From Mizuhopecten yessoensis (lineage: Eukaryota), in assembly GCF_002113885.1 (NCBI RefSeq), contig NW_018403513.1:706883-770882 (forward strand): a stretch of DNA of 64,000 bases, written 5' to 3'. Shown here in pieces: positions 1-12,000 of the stretch. The notes beneath the pieces were generated by a model that was not told the origin of the DNA, made no database searches, and saw only the letters and a list, made by a program, of their open reading frames with translations. A program made the position numbers and the translations under genes. How positions within the stretch are numbered: the first letter of the stretch is position 1; every line of letters starts with the position of its first letter.

Positions 1-1888
1 TATATAGAGTGCCTGATGACTATGTCTTGTGTCTACATGACTACTGTATATGTAGTGTCTATGAATATGACTCGTGTCTAAATGACTGCAGTGTCTTATG
101 ACTGTATTGTGTCTGACTGTATATAGAGTGCCTGATGACTATGTCTTGTGTCTATATGAATGCAGTAGTGTCTATGCTGACCAGGGTAAGTTTAAATGAT
201 GGAGTCGTGATGTAGGTATTAGCTAGTACATATATTCTGAAGCAGGTTACTAGGATATATCTATACAGTTTGACATTCATTATTCAGAATGGTAAGCCTA
301 ACCAATCAATTACACATCAGAAGTACTGGTGGAGCAATCCATTTAGACTCTCTGAGATGGTCACGGTGATTGCTGTCAATACTGTGTGATGTTTAGCACA
401 TGACTGTAAACAGCTGGTTGTGATCAGAGAGGGAAAGAGGTTGAAAGTCAAGGTGTTCATACATAATTTAACTTAAACTAGATGTCATGTTGTGAACATT
501 CTACTGTTCTCTGGGAGTCTTATCATAGGTTAAAGCATTTATAGATGAAATTTATTGTACATATTAGGCAGCCTTGACTGTTTATACTGTCCTGTGTTTT
601 GAGTTAAAATATGATCAATGCAGCAGGGTAAAAATTGTTTGGATATATAATACTTTTGGACTTATAAAGCCAGGATTAGCATAAATGGTAGATTGGTTGG
701 TGGGAATCAAAAGGTATGGAGTTGATGGAGGGTTGATGAGACAATACAAAGATGAAAGGAATTTCCTGGAAACTGTTTGTGTGTTCAATTAATTAGTCTG
801 AGGTTTTTTGTCTAGAGGGAGTCTGACTATATTTAATGAGACATATTAATACAATATGTTAGCCCATATTAACCTTGTAAACTGGAATAACTTCTCATTT
901 TGTCCTTCCATTTGTGTTCAACTGAAATAGCTGCTCATTTTGTTTTTTACATTTGGAAATACTGTATAGATTGTATCAGGTAAAAATATTAAGACCTAGC
1001 TTCTGTGATACATTTACTCGTAAACACACATTAAGATATCTATAACACACTGTCAGAGATAATATGAGGTTTGATTTTACTGTCATTAAATTGTTTACAT
1101 GATAATTTCTTTTGAAATTGAATCTTGCTTAAAAAAGAACATAAAATTATATAACCACAATGAAAATTCCCTGATTTACATTTATCGTTTGATTTACTTC
1201 CTTCTCTGCAAAATCAAAAAAGATTTTGACTTTTGTTTTACTGATTTCCAGATTTGACATATTGACATAATACCAGAATAAAGCTGTGCTTACATGTATA
1301 TATGTATGTATTTCATTTCATGTTTGAAAACTGAAAATGGCATCCATTTCATTGATACAGCTATTATCTGTTGTCATTTGGGAATAAGCTATAGTCTGTG
1401 TGTATGTTGCATTTTTGTTTCTTCATCTGTCAGGGGATTTCCGCCACATGTTTTTTTTTACTAAGCTTCTATTGTAACGCTGTTCCATTCCTTCTTGTCT
1501 GATGGTCTCGTTGACCTTCATATTTGTTTCAATCCTTAGTTCCTAGCTCCTGGATTTTCTTTCCACTAGATCTTTTTCCGAATTTTGTCCCATGATACTA
1601 TCCATGACCGTCCACAGTCAATATCCTTTGAGATAGTTACAAAGGTGGTGTGAAATGCTTCCGACATATCATCTTATCCCGACAGTTAATGATCTACAGT
1701 TCAATATGTAACTGTAGTAGTGTTTTCTCCAGGTTTGGAAAATAATGGGGGCATTGGTTATGTGATACAGGCAGACTATAGAAATTTATGGGGGGATGTA
1801 CACTGTGTAATACCCCCTTCTGGAGAAAACATTTGTAGCTAAAATATCACATAAGTGGTGTGACTGATACTGAAATTACATACCAACA

Positions 1889-1984
1889 TTAACTCATTCA
1901 CCCCTGATATTTCATAATGAACTATGTATTCCAATCTTTGAATTATGCAAGAGTTCAAATGTGTGTTCAGGGGTGAATGAGTTA
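1889..1984 (+). mobile_element. ~90-bp TTAA-bounded MITE (piggyBac-like family A)
   Basis: TIR ttaactcattcacccctga...tcaggggtgaatgagtta; five copies in the window. Confidence 0.75.
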
Positions 1985-2275
1985 CTATACCTCCTAGTTC
2001 TTGTAAGTATATCACTGTTATAGAATAATGACAAGATGTCATGTTAACCAACCTCAGCTTTCTGAAAGAAATAATTAAAATCTGTTCATATAGCATTTCC
2101 CTGTATGGCGCTAGGAAGACAAATGTGTATGAATATATATGGGCAGGAAAGACTCTGAGATACTGTTGTTACTAGTTAATGTTTCACTACATAAATATTT
2201 AAGGTCAAACTCAGCCATTTCATGATAATCACTAAGTGGTACTAAGTAACCAAATGTGTTCACAAGCAGCCAGGA

Positions 2276-2467
2276 CTTCTGTTAGCTGTGGGAACCCTAG
2301 CTCAAGCTTCTGTTAGCTGTGGGAACCCTAGCTCAAGCTTCTGTTAGCTGTGGAAACCCTAGCTCAAGCTTCTGTAGCTTCTGTTAGCTGTGGGAACCCT
2401 AGCTCAAGCTTCTGTTAGCTGTGGGAACCCTAGCTCAAGCTTCTGTTAGCTGTGGGAACCCTAGCTC
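2276..2467. repeat. 31-bp tandem repeat (cttctgttagctgtgggaaccctagctcaag), ~6 copies
   Basis: Direct reading. Confidence 0.92.
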
Positions 2468-2960
2468 CAGGTCTGATCAATTCTATTTTGAAATTTAACT
2501 TTATCGGACCATAATGTAAAATTTATAGAAATAAAATATCTAAAATTTAAGGTGTCTGTTAATTGGTTTATACCAGTGTTACTTAGTTCTCACTTGTCAC
2601 TGAACACTACACAGCACTCAGTGTAATAACAGTTAAAAAAAAAGCTATACAGTTGCACCCATAAGAAATTTGATATATACTTAAATGATCCTGATCACCT
2701 AAGGCGTGCCAGTCTTACTAGAAAGTGACCCATCTTGACGTGGGCTAACTAATACTGATCCATCATTGTCACAATTTTATCACTGTAAAATGTACACGAT
2801 TTATCCCTGGACATCCTGGATAGTAAATTTTGTAAGAGCCCATAGATCAAATTTAATTATAAACATACTTTCATTTTACCTTTGTTTTACTGATGGTTGA
2901 TGCAATCAGCAAGAAATCAGATGTCAATATTTACTTTCACTTTTCCTATATTTTACAGGT

Positions 2961-2980
2961 ATGTAATGTGGAGGAGTTGA
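2961..2980 (+). promoter_or_regulatory. Two overlapping uORFs (ATG-TAA 2961..2966; MWRS* 2966..2980) immediately 5' of the main ATG
   Basis: Sequence gtATGTAATGtggaggagtTGAaATGggc. Confidence 0.55.
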
Positions 2981-2981
2981 A

Positions 2982-3087
2982 ATGGGCACGCCAGTAGTTA
3001 TAACCAGCACTGTTCTGCTGCTGTACATGTTCAGTATACCAGTCGCTCCACAGCAAGCCAACCTACAGCAGCCACAGGCTTTCCAGG
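2982..3087 (+). CDS. HEXB: Hexosaminidase coding exon 1 (signal peptide: [35 protein letters not shown])
   Basis: Pyrimidine-rich acceptor ttttacag ending 2958; in-frame stop upstream of ATG 2982; hydrophobic stretch; donor G|gtaagt at 3087/3088, phase 1, matching the next exon. Confidence 0.7.
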
Positions 3088-6000
3088 GTAAGTGATACAT
3101 GTATGCTCTAAGCCACTACTGGCTACATTGTTATTTTCCCCACAGCCTGACACACAGATATAAGTGGCAGGTACCTGCACCAAATTAGTTAGGGCTGTTA
3201 AAAGTTTGTACAGAATGTGTCTCAGCTTGATATTTGTGACAATACTTTCGTGAACACTGTGAAGCTTTCGTACTCATTTAAACAAGTGATATGGCCTTGG
3301 AAATGTGTACTCCTGAGATCTATATGGAAAAACTCCAGGTAATGTATCCTGTATTCTTTTAAATTAGGAAGTTTCTGTGAGTTTCTGTCGATATGATAGG
3401 AAAGTTTTCCTGAGTGAGGTTTATCTGTATGTTACCAGCAGAGATAAAAGGTCATTGAAATCTGTTGAAAGTCAAGATGTTTTGACGTATTCTAAATTAA
3501 GGAGATCATATTTCAAATTCTAAGGAATATTACATATTACAACATTCCAGGACAGATGTCTTTAATTCTAAATAAGGGAGAGAAAGTTTTGATATTCCGA
3601 CTGAGGAATATTATATAATATGTAGTGTTAAGCTACAGACGTTTATTAACTCAAAATAATAATTAGGTAAGTGATGGAGCGTCAAAATAAGGAAGATGAG
3701 ATTATCATGTTCTGAGAAATATAAGATATATAATGGAGATGTATGTTAGACATTTGTTTATAAGTAGTGAAACTGTCGAGGAAGCAAAGATTTCTGCCTA
3801 CACCCTACGATAGTGTTCTGTTAGTAGTGTAGTAACAGATCTAGATTAAATGTACGGGGCTGTGGAGGGACATGTGCAGAATGCTCCACAGCCAAACACT
3901 CGTAAAAAAAATGTTGCGATTACATACAGAACATAGTGATACCCTGCAGGCCATGCTATTTCCTGACAACTAATGTAGTTTATTTTGGAAAACATTTACA
4001 AAAATGTTGTACAAAGTAGAAATGATAACCTCTGATTTACTACAGTGTCAGACTTTCAACGTCGGTCAGGAGATCTGAATTGAAACAGATTATTATTCAG
4101 CTTACCAAATTTTCGCCTAGATGTTTTGACCTGATACACAAATGTGTGTTAGTAAATAAGAATGCTTATAGCCTGGAGCTGTAACTCTAAATCTTGATAA
4201 GGAGTTTTTTGGTGTTCATATCTACGACCAGGCGATATTAGATTGTAGCCCAATACATGTGTTGGGTATATGTTCAGCTGATTTAGTTCCAATGTAATTG
4301 GATTCCGTCCTCAGCATATACGTCTGTCCGGCTAGTTAACATAATTGTAGGTTTCTTGGACTGTGAACTCTTCTTCAGCCTAAAAGTCATTACAGTGTAT
4401 TGTAAATGTTTACGGTACTTGAACAAAGAGCCAGTTTCCTGCAGAGAACTCGATAACCACTTCAAGATGTCTCTGTCACTTGAGTTGGAGTTTTTTCTCT
4501 CATGCACATTTTAAGTTGTTGACGGAAGCTTCAATGTATCATGAGGAAAAATATTCCCTACATTACTTTACTATGGTGATTTTATGCAATATATAATAAT
4601 ATATGTATGCTAATTGAATACAACATAATACAGTAATATTTTTTGGGGGGAATTCAATTTGGAACTCTATATACATTTGTATATATATATGTACATTACA
4701 ATTGTCTTCGCGAATAGACATATAATAACACCTTCTTTTTTCAAATTCTTTCGTAAACATTTAAATATATTTATAAATACTTTTTCTATTACAAGTTGAT
4801 ACATACATAGTCAAATAGAGTAATAGTTGAAATACATTTCTGCCTTATATCTTTATCAAATGGGGAACATCGGTGTGTTCTAGTTCAAATTATGGCTACA
4901 TTTCTTTCTTCTTCACTTTCCGTCTATATGACTTATATGGTGTTAGTATGTGAGTAGCCTACCTAGCACTTGTTTCAGGTTTGTTTTGGGGTTTTTTTAA
5001 ACTCATGGTAGATAGTGTATAGAAAGAGAACATAAACCAACCTTTTGCTTTAAGATTTAAAACACTTATATATTTGTTCTTCCTCATTTTCTACTTATAT
5101 ATTTGTTCTTCCTCATTTTCTACATGACAAAACATTTTTACTTGTAAACATTTCGTGGTGTTCCTAAGACGTTTCTTACACGTTCAGAAACTGGTATCGT
5201 GGGCCAAGATTTGAGTTTGATCTCTTTAACTGTTACATTTGGTGAGATAACGTGGTACAAGCTACCACCTGTACACTGGGGTGGATAGAACGGCCTGGAG
5301 TCGACCCCAACCCCTGACCCCAGTGGGTTACAGACCATGTGACCTTAAGAGGTGACCTTAAATCACTGATTTCTATATGTAGGTGTGTGCATATATGTGT
5401 GTATCGTGTGTACATGTGTAGAGTGTGTTCTCGATGGATAACTGATAGATGTGTATCTAATTTACACCACACAAAAATCTTATCACAGGCTGTTCAAAGC
5501 ATGATTAGCTTATAGCATCATTTCAATGCAAAACTTTCATCTTTTAGACATATAAAAATACTGAAATTCAAAATTTTAGTTACTTGTATAGAAATTCAAA
5601 TTGACTGTTTGAGGATGAAAATCACAATTTGTTATTGAAAATTTGCAGATGTTTATCAAAATTTGCATCTTAAATATCTACGTTCATGATTTGTTTAGCT
5701 AACCAGACTTTGATCAATTGGCCCCATCGTCTCGCCAACCTCTGATGGAAGTGCTAAATATAGGTTATTTCAATATCATATCCTTGCTTGATCATGTCAA
5801 TATTCTTTCAATTGGTAAAACATGTATGTTTTCATCCTAAGTGAAAAAGTTGATAAAATATTGATTGATTATTAATTGAATTCATTGATCCCTGTATATA
5901 TGTTAAATGATGGTCGTTCACCAGAGACGTAGTGTCTCGATCTTAATAGTAAGTTGTATCATGATCATCTGCTGTCATCATCTTTTTCTCTGAGTGACTT

Positions 6001-9000
6001 CTTCTTCAGAACTAAAACACCTACCATCATTATATTTAGCAAATAGGTACCAGTGATGGAGTTCAGTCAAGTTTTATTATATAAATGACCTTGACCCACT
6101 TTCAAGGTCAGAGAAGTAAAATATATTAAAAACGACAATACAACATTATCTAATAAACCATATGTGTTTTCTCCAAGTACCACATTTAGTCTCACTGCAC
6201 AACTCAATCTGGGCCAACAATATTGGCTAATAGAAGTTAGAAAAGCTTGTTTTATAATTGTTGTAAAATAAGTAAAATTTGTACTTATATCTGTGTGAGT
6301 GATATAAGCACTTTGGGCCTGTTGTTTATATATACACTAAAAAACGAGTTGTAACTTACTACCCTTAGTAAACATTCTACACACAGCTCACATAGCTACT
6401 AACACTCTACTAATTAAGCTATTGAGACACATTGACACATTAAATCTACCCTCCTAAGGATTGTAACGGTTGATACTGAGCCTTATGTCTGGTTATATTC
6501 CTATGTATCTAATGAGAATCGTAGGACATTAAAATGTATTTAGTGAGAATTCCAAGACATTAAATTCGAAGAAAGGTACAGGTGTTCACATAAATTGTGT
6601 TTTCTAGATTTGATTTCAAACTGCTCCGAGACATTTTGCAACAGATTTGTGTAATGTGCTGCGTATATAATGTATTAAGTGTGAAGATAGATGTAACAGA
6701 TGTGTAATGTTATCATTTGTATTTCTACTTTACCAGTGAGATTACCAGACAGACAAAACAACGAGGCAGAGCCGGCCGCAGCACATGGAAAAAATATAGA
6801 ATATTTAAATTCCCTCCTGAAGAAGAGGAAGGCCAAAGTGAGCAATGATGGCATTGGTGACAAACAAACTCTAAAATCACGAGTAAAACGGAAGAAGAAG
6901 AGGAGTAAATCGCTAGATGGTAAACTTTCTATAAATAAAAATCCGTCTCCAGTGAACCTTGGAAAACCTCAGGATTTTGTGCAAAGAGCCAGTATAGTGT
7001 CTCAAAACAATCAGAAGGTAGTAACTCCAGGAGTAGGCGGAGCCAACACTGGGGGTGGGGCTAATAATAACGTTGTGGGAGGGGTTAACAATAATGGGGT
7101 TGGCGCTAATAATCTAATTGAAAACAAAATTAAATCACATTTACCAAGTGCTTTCAATAACAATAATAATGATAATGATGCTTTAAAAAGGGCAGAAACG
7201 AATAACAATGTTGTGAACTCGGACGCAAGAGTAAAAGTGATAGAGACCGGTGGGGTCAAACAAGTGCCCCGCCCTCAGGACAGTCTTCCTGTGTTGTCAG
7301 ATAACATTGAGAGAAAAAGTAACCAGGATAGAGAGAAGCCAGTAGATGTTGTAGGAGGACCAAACATGATGCAGGACCCCGGCCAGCTGAGAGCAGACAT
7401 CCAGGCCAACGCTCGTCTCAACCAGGCGGACGCACCTCTCAGAGATGAGAAACCCATTCAAGTTAAAAATGAATTACGGGAAGTTGCACACGATGAGGTC
7501 CACGTCAACTCGGAAGATGAAGTTGTTGAAGCAAAGGACAACATTGTACGCGACAACAACAATCAAATCCGCGTGAATGAGCAACCTGTGCATAACCAGG
7601 AAAACAATTTCCAGGAAAACAACAGGAATTGGCAGCCTGTGATAAACAACAATCCTCCACCGATGCAACAGCATCAACAACAAGTCAACAAGCCGAAGAA
7701 ACAGGACAGCCAGCGCATCATGTGGGACTGGAGTGACTTTCTCATCAACTACGAGCAGTATGTCATGCCGGAGCAAAAGGTGAGGCGTGCTCCACACGCA
7801 ACGACAGGTGAACCGTGGCCAATGCCGCAATATTACATCACGTCGCAGACAAAACTCTTCCGGCTGGACCGGGAAAAGTTCCACTTCCGTATTTCCAAGG
7901 AGACCTGTGACATCATCGAGAAGGCAATTGAGCGATACAAAGACTATATTCTGTATGACAGTGTTCAGGACACGTACGACAACTTGCAACATGCCCAAGG
8001 TTCTAGTCTGGAGGATGTTTATGAGAAATATGGGGATGAGGTCCACACACAAGCCGGTTACATTGATGAACTCAACATTAAGATCAGGCAACCCTGCACC
8101 AGACTTCCCCATGACAAAATGGACGAATCATGTAAGTTCTCTGTCTCTTGCTTTCTCTCCTTTTGTCTCATATACATTCTTTGAATCTTTTTCAAGCTAA
8201 CAGAATACAGATTGTTTTGATAATCATGACAACAAATTCATAGAAAAAAAATACCATTAATACTAAATTCCTTGAAAATTGAGTTACCACATACAACATT
8301 GACGTTGTGTAGCTAGAAATTTAGAGACTTCTAAAAGTCAACCTTTTTAGCTGTGAAGAGATAGAAAGTTTTGAAAGGATCAACTCAGATAGTCAGGTTA
8401 TCAGTTTATTTGTTGCTGTTTTCAGATGACCTTTTTATTAAACGTACTGGAGCCTTTTTATGGGCAAATGAAGTCTGGGGTGCTCTGCGGGGCCTGGAAA
8501 CCTTCAGCCAGCTTGTCTTCAAGGGCACAAATGAAGAGGTATGTCAAAAACATATTACTGTTACTATAATATAAAATATTACTGTTACTATAACATACAC
8601 AACAATGTACCCCTTTTGTGCCCTGTAGCATTCAGATATTGGTAGAGATATTGGTCACAAGCATGACAGTGTGTTAAACACATGATAGCTTTGAACTTTG
8701 ACAATTGACCTCATTGACCTTTAACCTATTTTGATTCGGGCTTTTTGTTTATAATTAAGTTTGAAAATGTAGATCATGTTCATTTGAATATCGTGGAACC
8801 TCAGGAATCTTGACCTCCATAATTCAGAAAAGTATTGTACAGTTACTTTTTTTCCCAAATTGAATGATTAATATTCGTGCATGATATTTAAATATGCAAA
8901 TTTCATTTTTCTGACTTTTTTATGAGAATTATTTAAGTGTCCAGGTTCCACTGTAAATGATAGAAATGTAATCATAATTAAGGTTCTACAACATTTCTTG

Positions 9001-12000
9001 CATATTAAAACTGAAAGGTAAATGTGTATATCTGTTGGATTATCATCAAAAGGTACAATGAAATTAACAAAAAATGCTGTAAGTTTTGCAGACTTCATTT
9101 CATTTAAAATCGGTCCAAAAGATTTGAGCTTGAAATGATCGGTAACTTAATCATCACCAGCCTGAGTACAGGATCTATGTGATACCAAATCTGTGGAGTT
9201 TCTAGGTGAAATAATGTAGTATCAATGAGATTTTCCTGAAGATAGATGATTCTCGGATTACAGGACCAGATCATAGGAAGCATTTAACTTTCGGCCACTT
9301 TAATGCAGCTCTTCATCTGCGATATCTTTTGAATTTTTAGTCACCAGTGGGGGCTATTAATTTCGGTTTCAGTCCCAGATTTTGATCTCTGTTGTCTTGG
9401 GCTGTTAAGTGTATTGCTTCTGTCGGAATATACCAGGCGCTAATTACAAGCTCTTGGATAACTCAGATATCAATTTCCTTTTTAAACAGGAATATCATAA
9501 AACCTAAAGGCGTTCCAAATTTCACACAGGAATTTCAATAAATCCTAAAGATGTTCCGAGTATGAATCAGGCACCTTTGAGGTTCCCGAAGGGGTAAACT
9601 GTCGTATTATAAATTGCGATTGGTTGATTTAGATATTTTTTGTCTGACGAATGACTACCGTTAATATTTGCGTATAGTGCACACTTTTTTAAGGAAAAAT
9701 GAAGTGTCAAGAAAGGACTGTACAAGATTCTCAAGAACAATCCAAAACTTGTCCTTGGTCGCGACCATTTCTCTTAAATTTTACGAGGATTTTCAGAAAT
9801 GTTTTAAAATATGCACCAATAAACTGCTAAATTTCATTGAATTGTATTGTATTGTATTGCCAATTTAACAATTACAATTACAAAAAGTTGCAAGTTTAAG
9901 TCATATTATACAATAGAATCGGATAAATAAACTGGAGTAAAGTAGGCCCAACTTTTCAGGATGTTACGTTGTGAATTGATAAATACCACGTGTCGGGGAA
10001 ACATAATGAAGAATTGCATAGCATTTATCACTCTGTGGATAAAATGTTGTTCTTGGGTAAAATCATGCTGAAGTCTTTAATCTTGACAGTAGGAATGTGT
10101 CAAAGCGACATGGGTAAAGTGGCGAAGTTAGCAAGTTTGTGTACCGCAACGAGTCAAGGTAGCGTGATACTATTAACCGGCAGGAATTTACAATGAAACC
10201 GTTAATGATAAAAGTTTGAGTTTGAAAAATAAATATTAATGGGTTCAAAACAGCCAAATACATTCCGATCTTTTCTTTTCAAAGGAGAATTGCTGAAAGG
10301 TGTTCCTCAAGTCAACGCTAACGTTATATTTGCGACATGCTTTCTTGTTAATTCCATGTGTTGACATAGCTAACCTGAACAGCGTGTATGTATTTACATC
10401 TGGTCATTGATTACCATTTTGATTGACAGTTGGAAATATATCCGTTGTAGCTTGGTCAATGATTTATCGGAAAATGATCATACAGAATGATGGGGTGACT
10501 TTCATGTCATTCTGACATATTTCTAGTTTTATTTCTGTTTTCTTTAACACCTGATAAATACTATGGGTCCTTATCACTGCCAAAAAACTATTCACTGGAA
10601 ACTGTCTGTACGACTGCCACTGGCTAAACATTTCTGAAAAGAAAACCATACAATGTGGAACTTAAATGACAAAATCATAGAGATAACATAAAACAAAGCA
10701 ACAGCAGTGTTTTGAGTGTAAAAATACAAAGGAGTCAGACCAGGACTTGAACCCTGGGCCCCTAATCATTGTACTGTTTTTCTAACCAATGATAAAACCA
10801 TGTCTTGATTGAGCTAGAAATATCCAGAACGACATTAAGGGGAGGTTACTATATGTACGAAAATCTACATTGGAATTATCTGGAGTTTGACAGGGATCTT
10901 TAAATATGTAAAGGAATTGTAGCAATATTAAATATGTAAAGGAAATGTAGCAATATTAAATATGTTTAAAGGAAATGTAGCAATATTAGATATGTACAGG
11001 AAATGTAGCAATATTAAATATGTAAAGGAAATGTAGCAAATATTAAATATGTAAAGGAAATGTAGCAATATTAAATATGTAAAGGAAATGTAGCAAAATT
11101 AAATTTGATGAATTCTTTATTTTGAGAGATTTCAGTAAAAGAATGAACAGTTTTTCCCTTAAGTATAACCCATTACTGCTATGTGTAGAAATCGTAACAT
11201 TTCTTACTGATTTTGCAGCTCTACATCAGAGACACAGTCATCAATGATTACCCACGTTTCTCGCATCGAGGCATCCTCCTAGATACCGCACGTCATTTCC
11301 TCTTCAAGGACACCATCTTTGATGTCTTGGTAAGTTTTTGAGATATGATACAGTTGTCTAATGCTCTTCGGTCCCTGAGTTAACCAATTATTGCATATGG
11401 CATCACTTTTGTACAATTTACAAATCTTGTAGTATCTTCACATTTCCAGTTGACGCAGCCCCAGTGAGGATTGTTTATCTTGAATTCGGAGTGAATGCCC
11501 TTGATTATGATGTATGATTTTCCTTGTGTTGTCCCAATTGCAGCATCAAATTCCACTAACCAACTTCCTGAGAATGGCTTTTTCTTCTATTGAATTTGTT
11601 TACAGCGCTGTTTTTGAATTTTTATGGTTTATCGAACAGAAGACTATAGGGAATGTAATCAGCAAGTTTAACGAGATTTAATCTTACGAGAGAATTAAAC
11701 ATTATCGCTAACTATCCTCAGTATGTGCTTAAACCGTAACAAAGCTAAGTCGATACCGTTGTTGTGTTTGTGTAATCAACATGCGATTTGTTTTCTCGGA
11801 GTGTAAATTCCAATTAACATATATTAATTGACACGTGTACCACTTCAATCAAGAAAACGCGGTAAAACTATATTATCCCGGACATGTAAAGCCGTGGTTC
11901 CTACTAATCAGTCTTCAGTAGCACTAACCGGAACAAACAAAAGAGCCGATTAAGCCTGGTTGATCTAAATGCATTGTAAGATTAATGAACCGAGTGAAAA

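Noticed and set aside
170-300. Candidate upstream non-coding exon donors (g|gtaagt at ~186, g|gtaagc at ~291)
   Set aside because: No supporting acceptor or promoter can be established; the 5' UTR exon(s) may lie outside the window
7474-8112. 212-aa minus-strand ORF
   Set aside because: Antisense shadow of hexosaminidase exon 2; no recognisable motifs
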